In this document: one piece after another, positions 13,162 through 26,228 of the stretch
Layout of the letters: each line of letters starts with the position of its first letter
Numbering within the stretch: the first letter of the stretch is position 1
Assembly: GCA_051313645.2 (NCBI GenBank)
Contig: JBNRSN020000009.1
Location: 63,054,001 to 63,118,000, forward strand
Source: Centroscyllium fabricii
Lineage: Eukaryota
DNA: 64,000 nt
Reading direction: 5' to 3'
Made by a program: the position numbers and the translations under genes
The notes under the pieces: model-generated
Seen by the model: the letters and a program-made list of their open reading frames with translations, nothing else
What the model was told of the DNA's origin: nothing
Database searches by the model: none

Positions 13162-13883
13162 GGGCTAAATTGCTCAGCCCATGATTTGTGGCGCTGATCC
13201 GGGCGATGACGCTAATGGGGCCGAAATTGGCCAGCATCGCCCATTATGGGTGGGCGGGCGCTAAATCAGGCGGGCCGCCTCGCTCTTGGTGCGAGGCGGC
13301 CGAATATCGGGGTGTGAGTGCAGCGCTGCGTGAAGGAGGTGTAGTGGCGGCCCGCGGTATGGCAGGCCTTCCTCCCCGATTAAAGGGGAGGGGCCTAGCG
13401 CGGCTGCGGCCGGAGCCCCGCGGGGCCGCGGTGGGACCAGGAGCGGGAGAAGGAGCCCGGCACTGAAGGGAAGTGCCGGGCTCAGTTGCCGGAGACCTCA
13501 CCCCGCCGGGGGAGCAGCGGGGGAGGCTGGGGGAATCCGAGGGGGAAGGTGCTGGCAGTCGGCCAGCAACAAAAATGGCCAACCGCTGCACTCCCCTTTA
13601 AGCAGCGTTCCAGTGCTGCTACAGCTGCAGAAAGCTGGCACAGGCAGCGCCCAGCGATAAAACGGTGGGCACTGCCCAATTTCAGCCGTGGGCGCCTCCC
13701 AGGTGCTGCGCGGCCGGATGACATCATTCACGACGTCCAGCTGGGCACTAAATTTGTTGGCGCGCTACCAGTTAGCCCCCAACTTAGCGCCCAGCTGAAT
13801 TAAGCACTGGGCACAATCCCTAGCGCTAATTGTGTAGTGTTTGGGTGCTAACAGGCCGTCGCTAGAGCACCAACTTTGCGCCC
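13162..13883. mobile_element. GC-rich Harbinger-type MITE
   Basis: Ends GGGCTAAATTG / CAACTTTGCGCCC with TAA/TTA flanks. Confidence 0.5.
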
Positions 13884-13886
13884 TTA

Positions 13887-14160
13887 AACCGTTGTTTCAG
13901 GAGCCCAGTTGGTGGGCCCATGGCTCTGGTTTAACCTCAGTTGTGCAGGAGGGCAGGAGTTACTTAGTGGGGTCATCAGCCATGTATGGAGGGGGAGCCC
14001 CAGCAGCCATCCTCTGGATTTCCTTGACGGGTAGAATAGTGGGGGAATGAGTGACTGGTGTAGGATGAAAGCATTGCTGCCTGGAAACCTGGCACACACC
14101 TGTATGATTCTGTGGTGATGATCACTGACCACCTGCACATTCATGGAATGAAATGCCTCT
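13887..14160 (-). pseudogene. Harbinger (DDE_Tnp_4-type) transposase fragment
   Basis: NVQVVSDHHHRIIQVCARFPGS..AFILHQS..GWLLG matches the transposase at 56589-57376. Confidence 0.7.
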
Positions 14161-14538
14161 TTGTTAGCAAACGCTGCTGACTGGCTTTCTGGTGCCTTGT
14201 GCAGTTTATGCTTCTGGCAACTGCTTCAGACACCATTAAAAACAAACTGCATGTTTAATATGATAGCGGCGGGAATCAAGCAGAAACGGGACAATAAGTC
14301 TGCCTGTGGAATTTTAACTCCGCTACCACCCATTCTCGCCAGGTGGAGTGGAAGTTAGCATTCCTTCTTCAGTGTTAGATAATAGCCACTTGGATGAGGC
14401 AGTGTAGGGTATCCACTGCCCATGGAGCCATACCCAGCAAAAAGGAACATTTTCAGGAGAGGGCAGTAGAAAAAAGTACGGGAGAGGAAAAGAATTAAAC
14501 AAAAACAAAATCAAGTATACTGTCTTGTTTTTCTACTT

Positions 14539-15180
14539 AATTCAATTCAATTCAATTCAATTCAATTTATTGTCATTGTAAAGTGAACAACACAATACAA
14601 TGAAATGCAAACATGCAATCTCCCAAAGAAACAATAGATATTAAAATGTCCTCTCCTGTAAGTCCCAGTCTGGTCCATAACGCCCCCCGCACCGGCCACG
14701 ACGGTCCCGATGCTTAGGCCCCGACAGCCCCGATGCTCCTGGCCCCGATGCTCAGGCCACGCAGGCCCGATGCTCCTGGCCCCAACACGCAGGCCCCGAT
14801 GCTCCTGGCCCCAACGCTCAGGCCCCGATGCTCCTGGCCCCGACACGCAGGCCCCGATGCTCCTGGCCCCGACGCTCAGGCCACGCAGGCCCGATGCTCC
14901 TAGCCCCGACACGCAGGCCCCGATGCTCCTGGCCCCGACGCTCAGGCCACGCAGGCCCCGATGCTCCTGGCCCCGACGCTCAGGCTACGCAGGCCCGATG
15001 CTCCTAGCCCCGACACGCAGGCCCCGATGCTCCTGGCCCCGACGCTCAGGCCACGCAGGCCCCGGTGCTCCTGGCCCCGACGCTCAGGCCACGCAGGCCC
15101 CGATGCTCCTGGCCCCGACGCTCAGGCCACGCAGGCCCCGATGCTCCTGGCCCCGATGCTCCTGGCCCCGACGCTCAGAA
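14539..15180 (-). repeat. GC-rich minisatellite (GCCCCGATGCTCCTGGCCCCGACGCTCAGGCCACGCA-type units, ~14700-15178) joined to a Rex1-type 3' tail
   Basis: (TTCAA)n at 14539-14566 then TTTATTGTCATTG, the reverse complement of the Rex1 tail at 7052-7086. Confidence 0.75.
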
Positions 15181-16504
15181 GTATGTTGATGAAAGCCCCA
15201 TAAAAAGTGTTGAACTGCGACAGTATATTTAATTGTATTCAGACTTTTTATATCGCTAAAAAGAAGCAGCAGCATAAACAGATATGGGACCGTGAGAATT
15301 TATGAAGCATATCAATATTGATCAGGCACAAACATGTTTAAATTTGTAAAGTATATGTCTATTGTACAATATAAATAATTTTGGAGTTTGTTTAGACTTA
15401 ATGAAAGCCTTTAACATTTAATTTACTGCAATAGTGTTTTAAAAGTATCGCAATAATCTTAGCCCAGAGGCATATGCTGTGAACCAATTATAATGTATGA
15501 TTAAAAGCTTCAAGTGCTGACACAGTAATGTAATAAATATGTATGTTGGAAGTGTCAGTGCCAAGGGGGTTTTTAAAGGAATTTACAATTCGTTTTGTAA
15601 ATGAGAGCTGTTGGCGAAGGAGCAGGCTAGGTTAAAGTTCAGTAGCAGGTAATGCTACCCCAAAACTGCTCTATTGTCTGTTTAGCAGAAAGAAAAATTG
15701 GGTAAGACTGGAGGCATCTAAATAATAAACATAAAATAAGAATCATCCAATAAAAGTCCACAAAGAACAAAAACATTAACAGTAGCACATATCTAGGCGT
15801 CACCAAATTGAAAATTAGGTGAGATAAAAGTACATCACCTGCGGACTATTGTATATGATTCCAACTTACCTTTATCTCTTTATTGGATACCTCCTGTTGT
15901 CTGATCATAATTGTTGCACATCTGTTTCTGAGCCTTGCTCAACAACACCAAGCTCCTCTTGCTGATCAGAGACCTGCTCTTACATCTTTGAGACCACGAA
16001 AGCTTGCTCCTGGTTCTAATTCTGAGCAACAAAGTGTAGCTGATCTGTGGAGATATAAAAATGAGGCTTTGCTTAATTTGCGATGAATTATATGTGGACT
16101 GAAACACTAGAAGTTAACACTCTCCTCTCTGAGTTGGGATGTTGTGGGATCACAGGAATTCAGCACAAAATCTAGGCCAAGTTTGTCCAACCTCTGGGTC
16201 TAAGCCTGCATGCAACCCTCAAGCCGTAGCAATCCAACCCTTGAAGCCTAATCAATTCAGTGCAATTTGTATTTATCTCTTAAATGCTGGTTTGAACAAG
16301 AGGTTTGAAAAGGGTTGTTTTTAGTGATGTTGCCTTATTGGTCGATAAGTGCGAAATCAGTATACCAAGAGTGGTTAGTAGCAGTTAATTGACATATATT
16401 CAAACTAATGGGAAGATTTACTTAAAGTTTCTGTGCAGCCCACAAGCTCCATGGTATGTAACGATGTGGCCCATGAACAAAAAAAGCTTGGATAGTTCTA
16501 ATCC

Positions 16505-16805
16505 AGGCTGACACTTCAATGCAGTACTGAGGGAGTGCTGCACTGTTGGAGGTGACATCCTTTGGATGAGATGTTCAACCACTGGTTCGGGTGGTTGTGC
16601 AAGATCCCATGGAAGGAACTATTCAAAGGAGAGAAGGAAGTTCTTTTGATATTGTGGCCAGTATTCCTTCCTTAACCAAAAAAATAACGATTAGTTGCTC
16701 ATTTATCTCAATTGCTGTGTGTGAATTTTGCTGTGCATAAATTTACTGCTGCATTTCCACACACAACCACAGTGACTACACTTCAAAATTAATTCATTTG
16801 ATTGG
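16505..16805 (+). mobile_element. Truncated, diverged DeuSINE copy
   Basis: Similarity to 1505-1815. Confidence 0.65.
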
Positions 16806-17018
16806 AAGAACTTGTTATAATTGAATCTGCTTCCACTATCCTTTCAGGCAATACACTCCAGATCACAACAACTCGCTGTGTAAAAAAATGTTTCCTCGTG
16901 TTGCCTCTGGTTCTTTTGCCAATCACTTTAAATCTGTTTCTCTTGGTTATCGACCCATCTGCCACTAGAAACAGTTGTCCCTATTTATTCTATCAAAACC
17001 ATTCATGATTTTGAACAC

Positions 17019-20000
17019 TGTCGTAAAACACGACTTCTGAAATAACCTAGGAAGGGTTACTGGTTGGACTTCCGAAACAACCTAGGAAGAGTTACTGGTC
17101 GGCCAGCTGAGGGCGCTGACCAGGGAGTATAAATATGGGGGCCTGGGCCCACCTTGGACAGAGACAATCTGGAACCAGGAGGCTAGTGACTGTAAACTAG
17201 CTCTCTCTCTTTATCTTGTGTTATAAGTTGAATAAAGCCTTGCTTTATGTTCACCAAGAGCTTGGTAAGTCTTTATTACATCAATTTATTCAACTTATTA
17301 TCGTCTCCACACTTGGGTGATTCGGAACTACCAGTTGCAACTCAATCTTAGAAAGGAACTTGGCAAGGAATTGAATCCATCGTGGAAAAACTCCTGAGAC
17401 CTGCTCGCCTGGACCTGGAACCAAATGTACCTGCAGCAGCAAAGGTATCGAAGCATTGGTTTCATACTTTTAGCAGCTTTCTTGAAGAATATGAAGCGGA
17501 TGCTTCTATTAAATTATGAATGCTTATCAACTATGTATCCCCTCACGTATATGATTATATTGAGGACTGTACAGACTATGATGCTGCTATCCAGACTTTA
17601 CAACAGCTGTACGTCAAATCTCCGAATGAAGTCTTTGCACAACACCTACTGGCCACAACTCGGCAGCAGCTGGGGGAATCACTTGATAAATTCCTCCAGA
17701 AACTTTGTAGGCTTAGTAAAGACTGTAACTTTAAGGCTAGTACAGCTGAGCAATATCAAGAGGAACTCATCTGCGATTCCTTTATCAATGGAATTGTGGC
17801 TCCTTTTATATGTCAGCGACTACTGGAAAATAAAACCCTCGATTTACGGGTTGCCTACGACCAGGTGTGCACTTTGGACCTAGCAAACAAAATGCAGACA
17901 CTTATCTCCAACCGTGTGCATGGGTGGTGGCTATCACTAGAAAAGAATCCTTTGATAGGTCTCAGATGGAAGATCTCGCTGATGATGACTCTACCCTAAC
18001 AGATGATGACCCTACCCCCGAGGCCTTCACTGATGCCGACCCTACCCTAGCAGCATCCTGGCAATCAAACAAAAAGTGTTTCTTTTGTGGAAGTACATTT
18101 CATTACCGAAAATTTTGCCCAGCTCGGAATGTGACCTGCAACTATTGCAGCAAAAAAGGACATTTCTCCAAGGTATGCCAGTCGAAAGCCTCTGCTAACA
18201 AGAGAGGCCGCTCCCCTAGAGTATACCAGTCGAGAGCTCCTGTCAGCTTCACAGCTGCCCGCTATGGAACTGCTCCTCCCCCGAGAACCACTACTACAGC
18301 TACAGCTGGCGAGGATGACACTGCCCCTCCCCCATCACAGCTGTTTTTCCACAGAGTCTGTCCTATGCAGCCACAAAGGTTTCGATCGATGGACACACTC
18401 TGAGCGCATTAATTGACTCTTGTAGCTCTGACAGCTTCATCAGTAAGCGGGCTGTCAGCAGGTTAAAAGTGCATATTTACCCCTCAGTAGAGAGATTGCG
18501 ATAGCTTTGACGACTCTGACTACCAATTATTCTGGATTCTGTCTTGTCACCCTCATCCTCAATGGCCGCACCTATTCCTCCACCCGGCTTGGAATACTCG
18601 AGAATTTATGCAGTGATGTGCTTCTGGGGCAAGATTTCCAGAAGCAGCACAAGAGACTCACTTTTGAGTTTCGAGGGTCGAGGCCGGAGCTTACCATTTC
18701 AAAGGCGCCGTTTTGTGCGCTCTCGGTGGCCTTGCTCAGCGAACCCTCCTTATTTCCCAATCTCTCCCCCCGCTGTAAACCCATAGCCACCAGATTACGG
18801 CGCTTCAGCCAGGATGATCGAGCATTTATCGGGACAGAAATTTCTCGCCTCTTAGCTGAGGGAATCATTGAGCCATGTTCGTTGCCCTGGCGGGCTCAAG
18901 TCATCATTGTGAAGAACTCTTTAAAACCACATAAGAAACGTCTATGTATTGACTACTCACAGACTATCAACCAATATACCGATCTAGATGCCTACCCACT
19001 CCCACGCATAGATGATATGGTCAACAACCTTGCCAAATACAAGGTATTCTCAACCTTCGATTTAAAAAGCGCATATCATCAGGTGCCACTGAATGACTCA
19101 GACAAGAAGTATATGGCCTTTGAGGCCAATGGTCAGCTTTATCAGTTTCACTGCCTTCCATTTGGGGTCACCAATGGGGTGGTTGTCTTTCAATGAGCCA
19201 TGGATGGGTGGGTCAGTCAAGAGAACTTGATGGATACTTTTTCGTATTTGGACAATATCACTATTGCCAGCCATGATCATAAGGAACACGACGCCAACCT
19301 TTGGCACTTTTTTGACGTCCTCCGTCGTCGCCACTTAATGTTGAAAGAATCTAAATCAGTGAAATCGGTGCCGTCAGTTAATACTCTTGGCTACTGGGTG
19401 GGCAACGGTGTCATTAAAACAGACCCAGAGTGACTTCATCCACTTCAGGAGCTCCCTCCCCCTGCAAATCTTGGCGCTCTTCGTCGGGCACTTGACATGT
19501 TTGCTTATTGCACAAAGTGGAAACCTCACTTCTCTGATAAAATACAGCTCCTGCTTCATGCAAAGTCTTTTCCATTAGATGCAACGGCTATTTCAGCCTT
19601 TGACCTCCTCAAACAGCAGCTGGAGAAAGCCACGCTTCACTCCATCGACGAGAACCTTCCCTTTGTGGTCGAGTGTGACGCATCGGAGGTAGCGATCTCG
19701 GCTACCCTGAATCAAGGTGGGCGACCTGTGGCATTCCTATCCAGAACTTTGCAGGGTAGCGAGCTCCATTATCCCCCCATCGAGAAGGAGGCCACAGCCA
19801 TCATCGAAGCTGTGCGCCAATGGAGTCATTTTCTTGCTCGGCGTCATTTTACACTCATAACCGATCAGTGTTCCATTGCCTTCATGTTGGATAACCGGAA
19901 ACGCACCAAAATCTAAAATAATAAAATTCAACCTTGGCGAATGGAGTTGGCTGCCTTTGGATATACTATCCGTTACCGACCCGGCAAACAGAATGTGGCC

Positions 20001-20419
20001 CCCGATACCTTCACACAGGCATTCTGCTCTTCAGTGTCATCATCAACTCTGGCGGATCTCCATATGGACTTCTGCCATCCGGGCGTAACTCGCATGCTGC
20101 ATTTTGTGCGATCCAAAATCTACCAATCTCCACGGAAGATGTCAGAAGAGTTTGCTCCTCCTGCAGGACTTGTGCAGAATTGAAACCACAATTCTTCCGC
20201 CCATCAGACAGCGTACCGATACACGCTATGCAGCCCATGCAGTGACTTAGCATAGACTTTAAAGGGCCATTGCTCTCTTCTACATGGAATACCTACCTCT
20301 TTACGTTGGTAGATGAGTATTCACGCTTTCCCTTTACCTTCCCCTGCCCTAATATGCTTACCTCTACGGTTATCAAATGCCTCGATCACGTCTTTTCTCT
20401 TTGTGGTACGACCAATTTC
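17019..20419 (+). mobile_element. Degenerate YLDN-lineage Gypsy element: 5' LTR 17019-17283 plus gag-PR-RT-RH-IN truncated in IN
   Basis: LTR TGTCG...ACATCA with TATAAA and AATAAA; CFFCGSTFH..C / CNYCSKKGH..C; IDYSQTINQYTDLDAYPLPRI; YLDN at 19245-19256; many stops and frameshifts. Confidence 0.85.
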
Positions 20420-22239
20420 GGGACTGGGAGACTCTACCCCCACACGCCTTATGAATCGAATGCTGGCCCTCCTCAGCGACCACGAAAACTGTCCCTTATT
20501 TAGGGCGCTGTTCATCAGTATGCTACCACAGTCGCTGCAAACAGCCTTAGCCAACTCAGAAGGCCTCACCTCTGCGTCCACTGGCCTGACCCTGATGGTC
20601 CTTCATTTCCAGGCAGCCGGCACGACACTCTTATGCGACACTTCCGTGTCCCATCCCAGGCCGTTAGTGCCCACCTCGTGGCGCAGGCGCATCTTCGACC
20701 TAATCCACGGCCTTTCTCACCTGGGCATGCGAGCTTCCCAGAAGCTGCTGTCCTCTAAATTTGTGTGGCCCGGCCTGCACAAAGACATGTGAGACTGGAC
20801 CAACACCTGTCCCAATTGCCAGCGTGCCAAGGTGCACCAACACACCAAGGCTCCCCTGCAACACTTCCCGGTCCCCGAACGCAGGTTTGACCACGTCCAC
20901 GTGGATTTGGTCAGCCCCTTACCCCCCTCGCAGGGATTCACGCACCTCCTCACCATCGTCGACCGCACCACCAGGTGGCCGGAGGTCGTACCCTTGTCCT
21001 CCACTACCACGCCGTTGTGGCACGTGCCTTCATCTTTGCCTGGGTAGCCCGGTTCGGGGTCCCGTCAGACATAACCTCCGACAGGGGCCCACAGTTCTCC
21101 TCCCAACTGCAGGGCACCATCGTCGCAGGCCTGGGGACCAAGTTACACCACACAATGGCCTACCACCCCCAGGCCAACGGTATATGCGAACGTTTCCACC
21201 GCACCCTTAAGGCCTCGCTCCGTGCCAGCTTGGCTAACGCCACCTGGCTCGACAGACTCCCTTGGGTCCTGCTCAGATTGTGATTGGCGCCCAAAGACGA
21301 CTTCGGCGTTTCTTCGGCCGAACTCGTCCTGGGCCAACCCCTGCGCATCCCCGGGGAGTTCCCCCCTCCGTCAATGAGGGTTGGTCGGTGGGCGAACCGC
21401 TAGCTCGACACAACGACGCAGCCCATAGTTTTCTTCCCGTGCCCACTTCGTCACACGGGCGCCGGTCGTCCCACGTGCCCATCGAGCTCCGCCAGGTCCA
21501 GTTCGTGTTCGTTCACCGCGACACACACAAGACACCTTTACACCTTCCGTGTCCTGGACGCGGGCGATAAAGTGTTTCTCCTCGCGGTCGGTGGTAGACG
21601 GGACCTCGTGTCCATCGACAGGCTCAAAGCGGCCCACTTGGATCCCACTTGGCGTGAGCAATGTCCTTCGGGCCCCCACGTGGAATTTTCTCCCTCCACA
21701 AGTGAGGCTGCGCTGGGCCCGGGCCCAGCCCCTGTCGAGCCCACCAATAGGGTCCCGTCTCCCGCACCGCCCCCGGTCCCCACACCGGTTTTGCCCAAAA
21801 CTGCTACGCCCCTGCAGGCCCTCAGCCCCGTCCATGAAACGCCCGTCCTCGCGTCACCCGCACCCGTGGGCTATCACACACGCTCCGGCCGCCTGGTCAA
21901 GCCTCCTCGGAGGTTGACCTACCACGTTAATGAGGATTCTGGGGGGTCATACGTGGTGTATCTACCCGGGGAAGCCCCTGGGTCTTCCCTTTAAGCCACA
22001 ATCCCCATTTCACAGTCGGTCCCGCCTACACTTTCCTATTGGGCAGCCAGCGTCCCTGTCCTGGTTCCTGACTGGCCTAAGGCACCGTCCATCACTTTTC
22101 CCACAATGCTTCGTGCTTTTGCGCTCTTTTCCAACAGTCATTGTATGGAGTTTATGAATAAAAACCTGTTTTACCTGTGCTCCTGTGCACTGCGTTTCTT
22201 TGGTAAAAACTTCAAGTAGGAGGTTGGATAACCCCTACA
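20420..22239 (+). mobile_element. Internally deleted CsRn1-like element: gag piece joined to IN, PPT, 3' LTR (~21952-22239)
   Basis: GLGDSTPTRLMNRML gag piece; HVDLVSPLPPSQG, SDRGPQF, YHPQANG; PPT TCTGGGGGG; LTR with AATAAA ending CCCTACA. Confidence 0.8.
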
Positions 22240-22331
22240 CTATCCTCCTCATTGTTTACTACATCTCCAAGTTTCATATCACCTGTAGACTTTGAAATTA
22301 TGCCCTGTATACCCAAGTCCAGGTCATTAAT

Positions 22332-23256
22332 GGGCCCTGTTTTCCTGTGCTCCAGAGGAGCTGCACACTCACGAAGGGGGTTCAGAAATGCCCCGTGGGT
22401 GTGCAGCACGGGGGATGCCCACGAACGTCAATTTCCTGTGCTGATGGGCAAGGACCTTCAGCTTCCAACGCAGGAAGACCTTGCACTGACGATTTCCTGT
22501 ATTAACTGGTCAAAATGCGTGTGTAATTACGTGTGCAAGTCCCTCTCCAGCTGCCCATGTAGGAATCAGTCGTTGCTGGTGCTGTAGTGCGTTCAGAACG
22601 GGAGAAACACTCTGAAAAGCTTTAAAAGGTAAGTTTTTTGTTGATTCCTTTGGTGATGTGTGTGTGTGGTGTTTCAACTTTTAAATTGAAGTGATTTTTT
22701 TTTTAATTGAAAAAAAACCGGGTTTTGAGCTGTTTTGCTGCCTTTTCTTTTTTAAAGACCGTTTTTGTAAAAATTAAACTATCTGCTGTCTTCTCACTGT
22801 GTGTGTTGTTTGAACTGGTAAATTTGAGTGATTCTAAAAAAAAATGGGTTTTTAACTGTTTTGCAGCCTTTGCTTTTTTAAACACTGGTTTTTGATTCCT
22901 AATCTAAAAATTAACTAGCTGTTAACAGTTAATTTTTTTTTCACAGAAAACGATCAAAAGTAAGCAATCATACTTACAGATCTTTTCAGCTGCTAGCGAG
23001 CCTTTCCTTTCTGCAAGATTCTGTGCGTTCTGTGGGGGCGTGGTCAGAAAAATCGGACCTCAGTGGGCGTGGCTTGGTCATCGCCCACGCAGAAAGCACA
23101 ACGCAGCAGCAGAAGCCAGAACCCTACGCAGCCCATGAAGATGGCAAATCTTACAGGAAATCGACGGGGAAAAAATAATAATAATAACGTGCGCGTGCGC
23201 CGCGGGTGTGCAGGAGCGCGCACCCGCAGCAAACGGAGCACAGGAAAACAGGGCCC
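22332..23256. mobile_element. PIF/Harbinger-type MITE inside CR1
   Basis: Perfect 22-bp TIR GGGCCCTGTTTTCCTGTGCTCC; 3-bp TSD AAT; CR1 sequence rejoins across it. Confidence 0.88.
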
Positions 23257-25539
23257 AATATATGTCAAAAAGAGCATGGTCCTAATATTGACACCTGGGG
23301 AGCACTATTGTATACTTCCCTCCCGTCTGAAAAACAACCGTTCACCACTACTCTCCGCTTTCTGTCCCTTAGCCAATTTTGAATCCATACTGCCACTGTC
23401 CCGTTAATCCCATGGGCTTTAATTTTGCTAACAAGTCTATTATGTGGTTCTTTGTCAGATGCCTTTTGAAAGTCCATATACACATCATCAACAGCACTAC
23501 CCTCATCAACCCTTTCCGTTGCTTCATCAAAGAATTCGATCAAATTAGTCAAACACAATTTGCCTTTAACAAATCCACGCTGACTTTCATTTATTAACCC
23601 ATACTTTTCCAAATGCCAATTAGTTTGGTCCCGAATTATTTTCTCAAAATTTCCCCACTACCGACGATAGGCTGACTGGCCTGTAGTTGCCCGGTTTATC
23701 CCTCTCCACTTTTTTAAACAGGGGTGTAACATTTGCCATCCTCCAGTTCTCTGGCACTAACACATATCCAATAAGGTTTGACAAATTGTGGCTAAAGCCG
23801 CTGCAATTTCCATCCTTCCCTAAGTAACCTAGGATGCATCCCATCCGGATCGGGTGACTTTTCTATTTTGAGGACTGCCAATCTTTCAAGTACACCCTCT
23901 CTATTTTTATCCTATCCAATATCGCTACTGCCTCCTCCTTTACTACTACATTGGCAGCATCCTCTTCTCTAGTGAAGGAAGATGCAAAGTACTTATTCAG
24001 TACCTCAGCCATGCCCTCTGCCTCCACAAGAAGATCTCCTTTTTGGCCCCTAATTAGCTCCACCCTTCCTTTGACTAACCTTTTGCTATTTATGTGTTTA
24101 TAAAAGACTTTTGGGTTCCCTTTTCTGTTAACTGCTAATGTATTCTCATACACTCTCTTTGCCCCTCTTATTCTCTCTTTAGATCTCCTCTGCAATGTCT
24201 TTATTCAGCTTGGTTCTCTACTATATTATGAACTTTATAATTGTCAGAAACCTTTTTCTGTCTAATTTTAACCTCTGTATCATTAGTCATCCAGGGAGCT
24301 CTAGCTTTGGATGCCCTTCCTTTCCCCCTCATAGGAATATGCCTACACTGTACTTGAACCATCTCCTCTTTGAAGGCCTCCCATTATTCAATTACTGCTT
24401 TGCCTATCAGTTTTTGATTCCAATCCACCTGGGCCAGATCCCTTTTTAACTCACTGAAGTTAACCCTCCTCCAGGTAAGTATTTTTATGCTTGATTGTAC
24501 CTTGTCCTTTTTCAGAACTATTCTAAACCTGATGATACTATGATCAATGTTCCCCAAATGCTCTCGCACTGAAACATGATCCACTTGCCCCATTTCATTT
24601 CCCAGAACTGGACCCAGTACTGCTTCCTTCCGCATTGGGTTGGAAACACACTGATCAAGAAAATTCTCTTGTACGCATTTCAGAAATTATTTCCCCTCTT
24701 TGCCCTTTACACTGTTACTGTCCCAGTTTATATTAGGATAATTGAAATGCTCCATTATCACTACTGTGTAGTTCTTGCATCTTTCTGTAATATGTCTGCA
24801 AATTTGATCCTCTATCTCCCTCCCAATATTTGGTGACCTGTAATATACACCCAGCAGAATAATAGCTCCTCTTTTGTTCCTTAATTCTAACCAAATAGAC
24901 TCTGCCTTTGGCCCCTCAACTACACCATTCCTCTCCAGTGCTAGAATAGTTTATTTGATCAATACTGCCACACGCTCTCTTTTTTCCCCTTCCCTATCTG
25001 TCCTGAATAACTTGTAGCCAGGAATATTAAGTTCCCAATCCGCCCCTTCTTTCAGCCAGGTCTCTGTTATTGCCACTATATCATAGTGCAGCTCGCCAAC
25101 CTTATTTACCATGCTCCGTGCATTTACATACATGCACTACAAACCCATCTTAGATGGCTTCACATTTGCCCCTGTCTGATCCCTCCTATTTCTGAACTAT
25201 TCTTTACTCTAGTGCCATTTGCCTCCCCCAGGGTTGTTGTAAAATCTGGTTCACCCAGGTGTCTTTCAGGGAAGGGAGCCTGCTGCTCTGACCTACTGTG
25301 CCCTACATGTGACCCATACTACGTGGTTGACCCTTAATACCCTCTGAAATGGCCTGGCAAGCTACCCAATTGAAGTAAAGAATAATAAGAAAATCAGACT
25401 GACCTATAGGCAACATCCTACACAACATATCAGGATGAGACCAAAGCAATCTCAGCCCAGGCAACCCTGAAAAGTCCTCCTCTCAAATGTCTGATTGATG
25501 GTGCTCAAGATGGTGACCAGAAGCTCTAATGGACCAGCC

Positions 25540-25925
25540 ATATCAACATTGTAGCTATGAGACCATGACAGAAGCTGGGTATTTTGTGATGATTGGTTCA
25601 CCTTAAAGCTTCTCTACAAGCCTCAAGTCAGGAAAGTGATGGAAGACTCACCATTCGCCTAGATGAGTGCAGTCACAACAATGCTGAAGGAGCTTGACCC
25701 CATCCAGGAAAGAATAGTTCACTTGATCAGTGCCCCTGCCATTGGATTCAATGTCTACCCTATCCATCACTGGTACATTGTGACTGCAGTATGTACAATC
25801 TACAGGATGCACTACAGCAACTCCTTCACCTGTGGCCTCTACCACTGAGAAGGACAAGAGCAGCAAAGGGAACACCATCACCTCTCGTTGCCCCTCCAAG
25901 TTTCACACTGTCCTGACTTGACACT
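25540..25925 (+). mobile_element. Old CR1/L2-group LINE 3' fragment
   Basis: Degenerate QVRKVME.SP.A.MSAVTTMLKELDPIQERIVHLI RT C-terminal signature. Confidence 0.55.
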
Positions 25926-26130
25926 CCTGCTCCTCCTGGGCCATAAAGATCCGTAGAAAATGTAAAACTAAAACATTTACCTGGGCCTCTTCTGGCCCGA
26001 CGCTGAGTTTAATCAGCTTTTGCTGGCGGGTTTGGCACCCTGTGGGCCTCACAATCCTGGGAGTTAAAATTGTGTTGTGACGCCGATGATGTCAGCCAGC
26101 TGCGACTTCTGCATCTTAAGTAGGCCCCTG

Positions 26131-26228
26131 CCTGGCTGGGGTGGGCTGGGCTGGGCTGGGCTGGGATGGGGTGGGCTGGGGTGGGCTGGGATGGACTGGG
26201 GTGGGCTGGGATGGACTGGGGTGGGCTG
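26131..26228. repeat. (GGGCT/GGGGT/GGGAT)n pentanucleotide microsatellite
   Basis: Directly visible tandem 5-mers. Confidence 0.9.

Larger units (their letters stand above)
16815..25230 (-). mobile_element. Fragmented CR1 LINE (pieces ~16815-17018, 22240-22331, 23260-25230)
   Basis: EN YVNARS..DIVAITETWL; PENWRMANVTPLFKK..PGNYRPVSL; RT YMDFQKA..PQVSILGP; pieces are colinear across later insertions. Confidence 0.8.

Noticed and set aside
14562-15275. Repetitive Pro/Arg-rich ORFs and a superficially CRISPR-like array
   Set aside because: Translation of a minisatellite; no unique spacers, no cas genes, eukaryotic context.
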